From: Mobula hypostoma
Lineage: Eukaryota
Length of the DNA: 64,000 nt
Assembly (NCBI RefSeq): GCF_963921235.1
Contig: NC_086097.1
Location: 154,196,001-154,260,000 of the forward strand
Direction of reading: 5' to 3'
A model generated the notes under the pieces. That model worked only from the letters and a program-made list of their open reading frames with translations. It was not told where the DNA came from and did no database searches. Position numbers and translations under genes: made by a program. Positions 14,313 through 24,618 of this stretch are shown piece by piece (the first letter of the stretch is position 1; the number at the start of each line of letters is the position of its first letter).

Positions 14313-14775
14313 AAAATACAAGGTACACAAAATGAAAGACGGCAGTTCTGCTGAAAACGAATCCGATGAAAGTGAATTGTCTTGTCTGCAACTTCACGCT
14401 GTGAAAGAGACAGATGATGGAAGAGTAATATGGATCACTCCACAAGTGACAGGTGTGAGACTGAAAATGCAGTTGGACACAGGCTCAGCTTTAACAGTGA
14501 TCTCTGTACATGACTACAAACTACTGTTTTCGCACATACCTCTGAAATGATCGAAACTTCTACAAAAAACTTACACAGGACAGAAAGTACGTCCTGAAGG
14601 CAAAATTAAAGTGACAATGACCTACAGTGATAAAACACAGCAACTGAACCTCTATGTACTGAAAAATAGAGGACCATCATTGCTGGGACGTGAATGACTC
14701 AGGAAAATCCAGTTGGATTGGCACACCATCAAGGCACTAGATGTGTCAACAAAGGAGGGCAGCTTGGCAGGGAAG
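14313..14775 (+). pseudogene. Gypsy aspartic protease region
   Basis: KYKVHKM...LKMQLDTGSALTVIS...KTYTG...GPSLLGRE*LRKIQLDW in one frame, with two premature TGA stops (14548, 14695). Confidence 0.9.
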
Positions 14776-15385
14776 ATGTCCGCAGCTCTCCTCTCACCCA
14801 TTGTCAACTATTACAACGATAAGGAGGAGCTAGACAGCATCAACAGGGAGACAGATATTGCCAATAAAGCAGGATGATGAAGACCACCTGGAAGTAAAAG
14901 AGCAGATGCACCAGGAGAAATTGACATCTCTCAAAAGACAGTTACAGGAAGGCATTTTACATAAGTATCAGAAAAGGATGAAGAAATTAGATCAACAATA
15001 CAAGGGAAGGATATGAAATGCAGAGCTTTTCCTGCAACTGGAGACAGAACAAGTGGAAAGGAACTGTATTAAAGAGAAGAAGGCAGCAGTGAAGGAACTT
15101 GAAGATAAAAAGATTGAGTTAAAAGAAAAGAAAAAGTTGATTGAGAATGAGAGGCTAACAATGGAACTCACAGGAGATTCTATGGAGGTAAAGCCAATAA
15201 TGACTAGGAAACTAAGGAGGAGAACTAATGATCCTGTTCCAATTACAGACAGAAGACGAAAACCTGCACCTGCGCAGTTAAATTACTTGTTAACAGATGA
15301 ACAGATAATGAAAGATCTGCAAACTCTCAATAAGCTTAAATCGCTGAAAAGATCATCATCTCCATCTTCTCCTGAACAATTTCCT
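14776..15385 (+). pseudogene. SUDS3: Processed (intronless) SUDS3/SDS3 copy, start codon to about SSPSSPE, captured in the LTR element
   Basis: MSAALLSP...[21 protein letters not shown]...[13 protein letters not shown]...[16 protein letters not shown]...[49 protein letters not shown] closely matches vertebrate SDS3. It has a frameshift near 14865 and a TGA at 15014. Confidence 0.95.
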
Positions 15386-16219
15386 TGGGAAAGATCCATG
15401 AAAATTGGTCATCCCTTAAAAGCTCTTAGACAAAATCAATTCCATTCAAACAAAACAGCTTTCGCACAAGGTAAATCTTGAACCAATCATTTCCTCCATT
15501 GAGAGTCATACACTTCATCCTTTGCAGGGAAGTTTCTTTTTGCACGTACATATTTTGAATCCTCAGCCAATGTGTCTTGTTTTGCACAAAGAAGTTGGGA
15601 AACAGCATCAGAGCAGAGGCGAATTCTGGCAACAAACTAAGTTTTCTGTTGTTGCATTTTCACACTCGTGCTGAATGCGCATCTGATGGAATCCTCCCTC
15701 TTGAGCTAGGTACGCAATCTTTTCTTGCACTGTGCACAACTGGGATTTTTCACACATAGGATCCTCCAAACAATTCAGAAACAGTGCATAGAGTTCAGTC
15801 TCATTTTCTTGACCAAGATTTGTTTTTTTTTAAACTTCAGACAGATAGCACTGCAAGTAATCCTTAATATCAGCAAAACTGTACTTTAACAGCAGCTTAA
15901 GAACAATGGAACAAACAACAGGATTTCGATCAACTGCTTCATCAAATGGTGAAAGATTACTGATAAAGTACTGATCTTTCTGTGAGTTATCATTGGATTG
16001 CCCTGACTTTTGAATAACTAGCATAGACAGCAGATCACCAACCACTTCTTTTGTTGGTGCCAAGTCATCTTTGAAGCAAACCATGGAAAACAAAGCTACG
16101 AAAAATGCATCACACCTCTTGCGAAATATGACTAATTTTGCTACAGCTTCACTTATTTCTTCTGTTGCCGCTGGTACATAACCATCATCTAGAGAAGTAT
16201 GGCACAGTGGGCAGAGTCC
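15372..16219 (-). pseudogene. RNF213: Processed RNF213 (mysterin)-like cDNA fragment, from the end of the RING domain into the E3 region, antisense to the LTR element
   Basis: Minus strand reads GLCPLCHTSLDDGY...FRKRCDAFFVALFSMVCFKD...LSPFDEAVDRNPVVCSIVLKLLLKYSFADIKDYLQ...TELYALFLNCLED...VARIRLC...[12 protein letters not shown]...WIFPKE. This is colinear with recalled RNF213 (LSPFNDVVDKTPVIRSVILKLLLKYSF; NDWHRVYLVRKL; WVFPKD). Stops and frameshifts are present and there are no introns. Confidence 0.92.
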
Positions 16220-16413
16220 CCCCAGACCCTTGAGTTATAAATGGGTCTTCGACCAAAAGTAAAAGAAGGGCTTGTTATAATTTAATATTATTATTTTACT
16301 TTGTTATAATTGATATTATTAAGTAGTAAACAATTGGTAGCCATTTGTATGTTAAGGGTAAACATATTTGCATAGCACAGTGCCCCAGTAAAAAAAACAG
16401 TTGATACACTATT

Positions 16414-16431
16414 AAAATAAAAGGGGAGGAG
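16414..16431 (+). promoter_or_regulatory. Polypurine tract
   Basis: AAAATAAAAGGGGAGGAG immediately precedes the TG of the 3' LTR. Confidence 0.88.
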
Positions 16432-16654
16432 TGTACTGTATAGCTACCGTATAACATGGGACGACTTTATGCTGTAGGGACACGTCATTGCATGCTCTAT
16501 GAGGCACGTATTCAGCATGCGTTATTAGGCGCATATTGATCTGTACATGTGTATACAGTTCTGTTTCAGTCAGTAAAGAACCCTGTTAACTTAGCTCCCG
16601 TCTCCAGCGTTTTTATTTATAGCTTTGTTGTGTAACCTGGCCATATACACAACA
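16432..16654 (+). repeat. 3' LTR (223 bp)
   Basis: Direct repeat of 11807-12029. Confidence 0.95.
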
Positions 16655-17260
16655 GTCTCCTTCACCAAAGAACCTCCTACCTCTTTACTTCACCCCTCCC
16701 CCTTTCCTGGTTTTACCTATCATCTGCCACCTCTACTTCTTCCTCCCCTCCCGCACCTTCTTACTCTGACTTCCTCTTCCTTTCCAGTCCTGATGAAGTG
16801 TCTTATCTTGAAACATCAGCTGTTTGCTCTTTTCCATAGATGCTGCCTGGCCTGCTGAGCTTCCCCAGCATTTTGTGTGTGTTACTACTATTTCATTTAG
16901 TCTGATTTGGCATCCTGCTTTAAGTTTTCCAATTGTGTCAGGGCTTCTTTGCTTGAATCGAATATCGCTATGATGATTATACATTCTAGTATCAATTGTT
17001 TGGTGACAATAAAGTATAAAGATAAGAAAGATAAGAAGATAAGAAAGGTAAACATCACTTGATTAATGGCTATTAGTCATTTAATACAAGTCAAGACTCT
17101 AGTTGATGGTGTTTTCTTATCATTATTTTTATAATATCTCTGATAAAATATGCAGAGATTTTATAGTAGTACCATCCACAAACTTAAAATGTCCCCGACC
17201 TGTGCTGAATCAATAATTGTACCTACTCACCAAATCGAAGCTAAAAACTACCATAAGTTA

Positions 17261-18136
17261 TACTCAATTGCCACTTTATTAGGTGCACCTTCTCAATATT
17301 GCAAATATTTCATGGCCAATCATGCGGTGGCAACTCAGTGCATACAAGCATGCAGACATGGTCAAGTGATTCGGTTGTCGTTCAGACCAAACATCAGAAT
17401 GGGAAGAACTGTGATCTAAGTGATTTTGACTGTAGAATGACTGTTGGTATCAGGCAGGGTGGTTTGAGAATCTACAAAAATGCTGTTGTCCTGGGATTTT
17501 CATGCACTGCAGTTTCCAGGGAAGCAGATCCAACCAGGGGTCCACAGACCTTTTGGTCAATGGTAGGGGTCCACTGCATAAATAGAATCTCTCTATTGTT
17601 TTTTTTGTGCAGGAAGGGCTTGGGGGTTAGGGGGTTGATGTTTTAGCTGTTACGTCTGGGTGGGTGATCTATTTGTTTTATATGTGAGGGAGGGCTTGGG
17701 GTTTTTGGAGTTTGTGAGTTTTATTTTTCTTTTTCGTGTTGGAAGAGGACTTCAATGACTTCCATGGTTTTTCTGTATTCCATGGCTATCTGGAGAAGGC
17801 AATTCTCAGGACTGTATTCTGTGTACATACTTCAATAAAATGAACCTTTGAGTTTACAGAGAATGGTGCAAGAAACAAAAGACATCCAGAATCCAGCAGT
17901 TCTGTTGGTGCAAACACCTTGTTAATGAGAAAGGTCAGAGGAGAATGGCCAGACAGTTTCAAGCTGTCAGGAAGGTGACAATAACTCAAATAATGATCTG
18001 ATACCTTAATAGCGTGAAGAAGAGCGTCTCTGAGCACACAACATGTCAAGCCTTGAAATGGATGAGCTGCAGCAGCAAAAGAACACAGAGTTCCACCCCT
18101 GTGCATTGCTGTACCTAGTAAAGTGGCCACTGAGTG
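17261..18136 (+). mobile_element. Internally deleted Tc1/mariner element containing a nested insertion (~17520-17850)
   Basis: TIRs (T/C)ACTCA.T.GCCACTTTA.TAGGT.CA at both ends, flanked by TA. Transposase N-terminal remnants GKNCDLSDFDCRMTVGIRQGG...GFS and ...RKVRGEW region. Confidence 0.82.
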
Positions 18137-19699
18137 TATAACTGCAGTTCAAATCATTCCACCTTGACAAGTCTAAGTTCTTTGTCTGCTTGGAAGCTCT
18201 GTCCTCAGTGGTAACTAAAGCTGTCAATCCTGTTCCTGATTCCTCATCATTAGTACTGACTGGCTGTCTATACACACTCTTTTTCATAGCATTTTCTTTT
18301 CCTTTTGCAAACTGATTGTACTTCCTGCATGTTATACTTTACCAAATTCAGGATATCTTGCTCACTACAAAACATGCCTCCTTTCTGGATGTCCAACTCT
18401 TCCACATTCTCAGATTTCTTCTGCACCACTAGCAATTTCCTTACACTGGCATATTTTGCTTACAGCCTGTCCTGTTGGATTACTCATTGCTCTATGCTGA
18501 ATCTCCATACTTTCTACTGCATGACAAATCTCACTTATTTTCTCTATTCTTTTTCACACTCTCAAGAATGCAATTCCAAGCAAAAGTCTGTCCTTGCATA
18601 TTTCTTCTGACAGAACCAGATGGAACTAACCTGCTTGGTGAGTTTTCACAACACTGAATTTTCTATAGTTCAGAATCAGGATCAGAATTATTCAATGTAT
18701 GATGTATAATTTGTTGTTTTGCAGTAGCAGTATGGTATCTAGACCAAAAAACCTATAAATTACAGAAATAAATAAATAGTGCAAAGGAATAAGGTTCATA
18801 GGTTCATGGGCCATTCATAAATCTGCTGGCAATATTGAGAAAGTTTCCTGGGAGTAATTTAGTTCAATTCAGACTAATAAGGTGGAGTTAGCTTGTAAGA
18901 AGTATCCTACCTGGACTCATTCTGTCTTTTGCTCGAACTTAATTGCCCTAGCATAATTCAGTCAAAATGTTCAGTAAATCTCTTCTACTTCTCTGCCACA
19001 TTTTGAAAGCTGGTGGTGATAGAGCACATTCGAAAGCCACCATAACACAGTTAAATGACTGTCAATCAAGATTACCAGCTCAAAGATGTTCACCAAAATA
19101 AAAACAGAATAATTTTAAACAATTTCTACCTCCACTACCACAATGTATCAATTTCCATGGGTGGGGGGGGGTGGAATAAATGTACCATGGGGTGTTACAA
19201 GAAGAAATCAAGGTTTATTTAAAGTGAAGCCATACGTTTTTATCATTAATATTGTTTGTTATTCTCAAAAATTAACTCCGGAACAATCTTATTCTCCTTC
19301 ATTATATGTAAACACATGTTCAGTGGGGAATCGGTACAACAATATTTATTTAGCTTTTTATAGCAAGTGATTTCCTGACAGAAATGCATGTATGAAACTA
19401 CTGTTTCCTGGAACTCTCCTCCTGGTGTCTGCATGTTACAGACATTGTGGCTTTAAGAACTGATGATGTTTTTTGTGTATGTCCTGTAGCCAAGTGACGG
19501 AAGCTACTTTACAACGCTGCTGCATCCAACAAGATCTTTCTGGATGCAAATCACAGTAATGCTGTTGCATAAGAGTTAGCAACCAACTGTGTGACTTTTC
19601 AAAGAAGAACTTAATTGGAAACAACTGCTTTGGGTAATTTCACATCTGACATGTGGAACAACTACATGGAGTACTAGGCTGGTATATTCCATTAAAACG

Positions 19700-21510
19700 G
19701 AAGGAAAAGAATGGCAAAGCAAGGGAACTTCGGATTATGAGAGAGGTGAATAACATAGTCAAGAAGAAAACGAAAGGGGTTAAGGTTTAAGAAGCTAAAA
19801 ATCTAAAAAGGCCCCTAATGGTTACAAAGAAGCTAGAAAAGAACTCCACAGGGAATTGGGGGTGCCAGGAGTGGTCATGAATAGTCCTTGACAAGGTAGA
19901 GTTAAATAGAATTCCAGGACATTCTGTATGAAGATAATGAGGGAAAAGGTAAACAAGACATCCCTTTAGAATGGAGATGAGGAACAACTTGTGCCAGAAG
20001 GTGGTAATCTGTGGAATTCACTACTACAGGTTTGGTCATTGGGTGTATTTAAGGCAGAGGTTGATAGGTTTTTGATTAATCAGGGCGTGAAAGGTTACAG
20101 GAAGAAGGCAGGAGAATGGAGTTGATAGAAAAAATAGATCAGCCGTAATGAAATGGCAAAGCAGGCTCGATCGGCCAAATGGCCTAATTCAGCTCTTACA
20201 TTTTATGGTCTTTATAGTCTTATTTACTTGTAGCATTGCTGATAAAGGGCCCAAGGCATTGTTGAGGATCTCCACCATCGATCCCACAATCGATGACCCA
20301 GTACCATCAGGAAGGAGGTACAGAAGCAGCAGGACTAGGACTGCCAGACTGGGTAACAGCTTCATCCCTCCGGCTGTGAGACTACTGAATACCCTATCAC
20401 CACCAAGGTCTCGTCACTCCGACAGTGAGCTGTTTACTGTTTACCTGTGCATGCATTTTGAGATATATATGTTTTATAAACTTATTTATGGTAATATTTT
20501 GCTTTATGTGCTGTGTATGATATACGTTTTGTAGGAGTACTGTGGTCCAGAGGAATGTTGTTTCATTTGTTTTTTATATATGTAGAGTCAGGTGACACTT
20601 AGTTTCAACTTGAATTGAAAGTCATGCCTACAACAACATGGTTGATTCTTTCAAAGAGACGACCAATTTAATAGTTGAGTTTAAAGCTATGGATGTCGTG
20701 TAGGTGGATTTTTGTAGCCTGTTTGATAAGCTCCTACATGGTAGTTTCAACCAGAAGATTAAGGCATGTGGGATCCATGATAATTTGGCTATTTGGATTC
20801 ACAATTGGCTTGTTCACAAAAGATAGTGACCAAGGGGGATTATTCTGGCTGGAGGTCCATAACGAGTGATGTTCCACAGGAATCCAAACTGGGCCTTCTG
20901 CTGCTTTGATAAATATAAATGACTTGGATGAAATGTTGATGAACAGAGAACAGTACAGCATTGTATAGGCAAAAGTGATTAGTTGAGCATTTGATTACTA
21001 ATTTAATTAAATTGGCTCTTCGGCCTACAATGTTTGCCAAATTAATTAAGTTTGTAATCAAATACCCAACTAATCACTTCTGCTGAACACAATGTCCATA
21101 TTGTACCATTTGCTGCACGTTCATGTACCTGTCTAAGAGCCTCCTGAATACTTCTATTATATTTACTCCACCACCCTAGGCAGTGCATTCCAGCACCCTC
21201 CACTCTCTGTGTAAAAACAAAACAAAGCAAAAATTTAATTGTCCCACACATATCCCTTGAACTTATCCTCTCCCACCTTAAGAGGCTGCCCTCTGGTGAT
21301 ATACTGTACATTTCATCCTGGGCAAAAGATACTGGCTGTCCACTACCTATCACAAACTTATAAACCTCTGTCAGATCTCCTCCCAGCCTCCACCACACCA
21401 GATCAAACAACCAAATTTGTCCATCCTTCATATCCAAACAGCATCCTGGAAAACTTCTTCAGCACTCTTTCCAAAGCCATGATATCCTTCTGATAATGGG
21501 ATGACCAGCT
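19700..21510. mobile_element. Cluster of decayed LINE pieces: CR1 (+, ~19700-20215), Rex1 3' end (+, ~20245-20620), CR1 (+, ~20620-20940), CR1 3' end (-, ~21060-21510)
   Basis: PSGRRYRSSRTRTARLGNSFIP (Rex1); GGDLTEVYK and FTQRV (CR1). Confidence 0.7.
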
Positions 21511-21902
21511 TTATTTGTCACATATGCGGTACCACCGAAACATTAAGTGAAGTGGATCATTTGCACTGATGACCAACTCAGTTTGGGTATTGTGCTGGGA
21601 ATAGCCTACAAGTATCGCCATGCTTCTGGCACCAAAAAATCATGCCCACAATTTAGTAGCACTAACCTATTGTTTGGGTGGATGGATTAATACATTTACA
21701 ATGTATGGCAATTTTATTTTTAATGTAAGAACATACATACAACTTGCTGCTTCATCTTTGACTATTTTAGTTCTGAACAAGAGAAACATTGAAGGTTCAG
21801 ACACTGAGAAATATGGTTTAGAAATTATAATGGGTATTTATTTCAGTGGTCTGAGGACTGAATGAGCAAAGCATTTGTACAGGGGTTTGATGAGCTCTGG
21901 AG

Positions 21903-22807
21903 CAGTGGTCCCCAACCATCGGGCCATGGACCGGTACCCGGCCGCAAAGCATGTGTTACCGGGCCGCGAGGAAACAATATGATTTGGCAATATGAAACGA
22001 TATGAGTCAGCTGCACCTTTCCTCATTCCCTGTCATGCCCACTGTTGAACTTGAATTCACACGAGCTCATCAGTGACCTAAGATGTGCAAAGGAATGGGT
22101 CTGTGACCCATTTGTGAATGTCCGCGGTGAATCATCCATGTCACCGCGGGGAAAAAGATCAACTCCTTGAGCTTGCAAATGATGGTGGGCTGAAAAGTAT
22201 GTTTGACATAATATCTCTGCCGGCATTCTGGATCAAAGTCAAGGCTGAATATCCTGAGATAGCCACAAAAGCACTGAAAACATTGCTTCTATTTCCAACA
22301 TCATATCGCTGCGAAGCAGAGTTTTCTGCAATGAATGCAACGAAAACTAAATTGCGGAATGGACTGGACATAAGGAACCCCCTTCGACTATCGCTGTCTC
22401 CCATCACCCCTCGATGGGACCGTCTTGTTGCAGGAAAACAAGCCCAGGGCTCCCACTGATTCAGCAATATTGGTGTGTTGTAATGATATTATATGTTCAT
22501 ACGAGGAAAATATGTGCTGTGTGTTTAATATCCAAACGTTACTTAAAATGTTATGATGCTATTGACTTATAAGTGACTTATATTAATATAATTGACTTAT
22601 CACTATATTCATGCAAGGAAACCATGCACTGTGTGTTTCATATTAAATTCATTAGATAAACCCTTTTGGAAACAAAACTGAGTGTATTAGCCAATTATAA
22701 GTGACTTATAGTTGACTTATCACCTATATTGCGTTCGTGATTAACACCCCCGCCCCCCCCCCACCGGGTCGGCTGGTCCGCAGTGCAAAAAAAGTTGGGG
22801 AGCCCTG
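21903..22807 (+). mobile_element. Non-autonomous hAT (Buster/Charlie) DNA transposon retaining the transposase C-terminal dimerization domain
   Basis: Perfect 8-bp TSD CTCTGGAG (21895-21902, 22808-22815), TIRs CAGTGGTCCCCAAC / GTTGGGGAGCCCTG, and ORF ...FWIKVKAEYPEIATKALKTLLLFPTSYRCEAEFS...KQAQGSH*. Confidence 0.92.
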
Positions 22808-24400
22808 CTCTGGAGGAATGAGTGATGATAGCTTAGAAGATAATCAGCAGAATACCATCAATAACTTCGCACGAAAAAACAAAGACAAATTGTTACCTAA
22901 AAGAAAGGAAGATTGGAGGCTTCACTTTAAAGAAGGACAAGATGAAAAAGGAAGTTTCCAAAGGCCAATTTGTTCAATTAAGACCTTATGAGACTTGAGT
23001 AAGATACACCTATAATCTTCAAGACTTGCCATGTTTCACATTTGTGATTATAATGAGATTTGCCTTGGCAGAGAAGAAATTGTTTGATCAGTACCAGAAA
23101 AAAAATCTCAATCTGTTCACTGTCTGTTTCAAGTGTTCCTTTATCAAGCGATGACATTCATCTGTCTCAGTTGTACCTGCAGCAACAGGTCAATCAGAAG
23201 CAACTTGAATGAAACCCATTCCTATCTTGCCTCTTATCTGCAAAAACGAACTTTTCTATTTATGGATTTCTATCAAAGAAGTTAGACCACACATATTCCA
23301 AGCAGTACGTTATATTGTTCATCAAACCAATCAGAAAATACCAGGTACTTTGCAGCAACAACCCGAAGCCATTCTATAATTTAAGTCTGCAATGTTCCTT
23401 AACTAAATTATTCTCAAGTTCAAGGAGATTTTTGTGTTTATTTAGAAATATAGAATTCACTCACCAAATGAAACACAGAATATTATAGTCATACAGTCAG
23501 AAACACACCATATTATAGTCATAATATTACAGCTGTCTTAATGCACCTGATTTACTGTTTCAACACCACAGGAGACGTGTAGCTATCAAAATATTTGAGA
23601 TGTCTTGCACAATACCTATATCATTCCAACTGACAAATTCATTTTAAATGGTAGTTAGTATAAAAATGTTGGAAGTTTGCTTTTGTCTGTTTTCCTAAAC
23701 TGTGATAACACCATCTTCAGCAAGTGGTCTGATCAATCAAACAATACTAAAGTAGAAAAAATTCAATAAGCGTCATTACTTCAATAAGCAGTGCAGTGTT
23801 AGACCATCCTCACTGAGCAATGATTGAATCAGCAGCTGAATGTTTTATGCTGCTAAATCCTGACCCCTACCCTGTACCACCTCGTTCTACCAGTGTGATG
23901 AACTGATCTGTATGGATAACATGCAAACCAAATATTTTCATTGTATCTTGGTACATGTGACAATAATAAAACCAATACAGTACCAATTATTCTGTTGAAA
24001 GTCACAGAAGATCAGGTTTTCACATAAAGATTTTGGCCTGAAAAATTTGTTCCATGAACAAACACTTGCTATTGAATACTACTTAGCAATGTATTTACTT
24101 AATCGGAGATACAGAATGGAACAGACCCCTCAGAGCCAATGAGCTGCACCGCAACTTACCTATTTAACCCTAGCCTAATCACAGGACAATTTCCAAGGAC
24201 AAATTAACTCACTACATGATACAGCTTTGAACTTTGGGAGGATACCAGAGCACTCGAAGGAAACCCACGCAGTCACAGGGAGACTGGTGGGAAATGAACC
24301 TGGGTCACTGGCACTGTAAAGTGTTACGCTAACCGCTATTTATACATGCCGCCTATTTATTTTTGTGTTTAGAAAGTAAGGAAGATCTACTCATGATTAG

Positions 24401-24618
24401 CACACGCAAAATGCTGGTGGAATGCAGCAGGTCAGGCAGCATCTATGAAAAGTGATAAAGAGTCAAAGTTTTGGGCTAAGATCTTTCATCAGATGTTGCA
24501 GGGTCCTAGACTGTAACGTTGACTTTATTCCTCTCCATAGATGCTGCCTGACCTGCAGAGTTACTCCAGGATTTTATGTGTGTTACTCTGGATTTCCAGC
24601 ATCTGCAGAATCACTAGT
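24401..24618. mobile_element. Short inverted Penelope terminal-repeat insertion
   Basis: Two opposed copies of the gctgcctg/catagatgctg repeat. TSD-like atctactcatgatt / atccactcatgatt. Confidence 0.7.

Larger units (their letters stand above)
11807..16654 (+). mobile_element. Non-autonomous Ty3/Gypsy (Mag-like) LTR retrotransposon carrying captured SUDS3 and RNF213 cDNA fragments in place of RT/RNase H/IN
   Basis: Two 223-bp TG...CA direct repeats, a PBS, a gag with two CCHC-type knuckles, an aspartic protease (LDTGS), host-derived inserts and a PPT. No RT or integrase core is visible. A clean TSD is not evident. Confidence 0.93.
11471..16884. mobile_element. Inverted Penelope-like insertion split by the Gypsy element (arms 11471-11806 and 16655-16884)
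   Basis: A reverse-oriented terminal repeat at 11471-11610, then a forward 3' UTR that resumes after the 3' LTR. Imperfect TSD ccaccatttcat / ctactatttcat. Confidence 0.75.

Noticed and set aside
15053..15481. 142-aa ORF as a functional SUDS3 gene
   Set aside because: It is intronless, preceded by a stop and a frameshift, truncated, and its last ~32 aa are antisense RNF213 read-through.
23105..23160. Minus-strand TDSEQ peptide resembling the next FAM135B exon
   Set aside because: The upstream residues (SLDKGTLE) do not match ...LKVDLHF and there are no splice signals.
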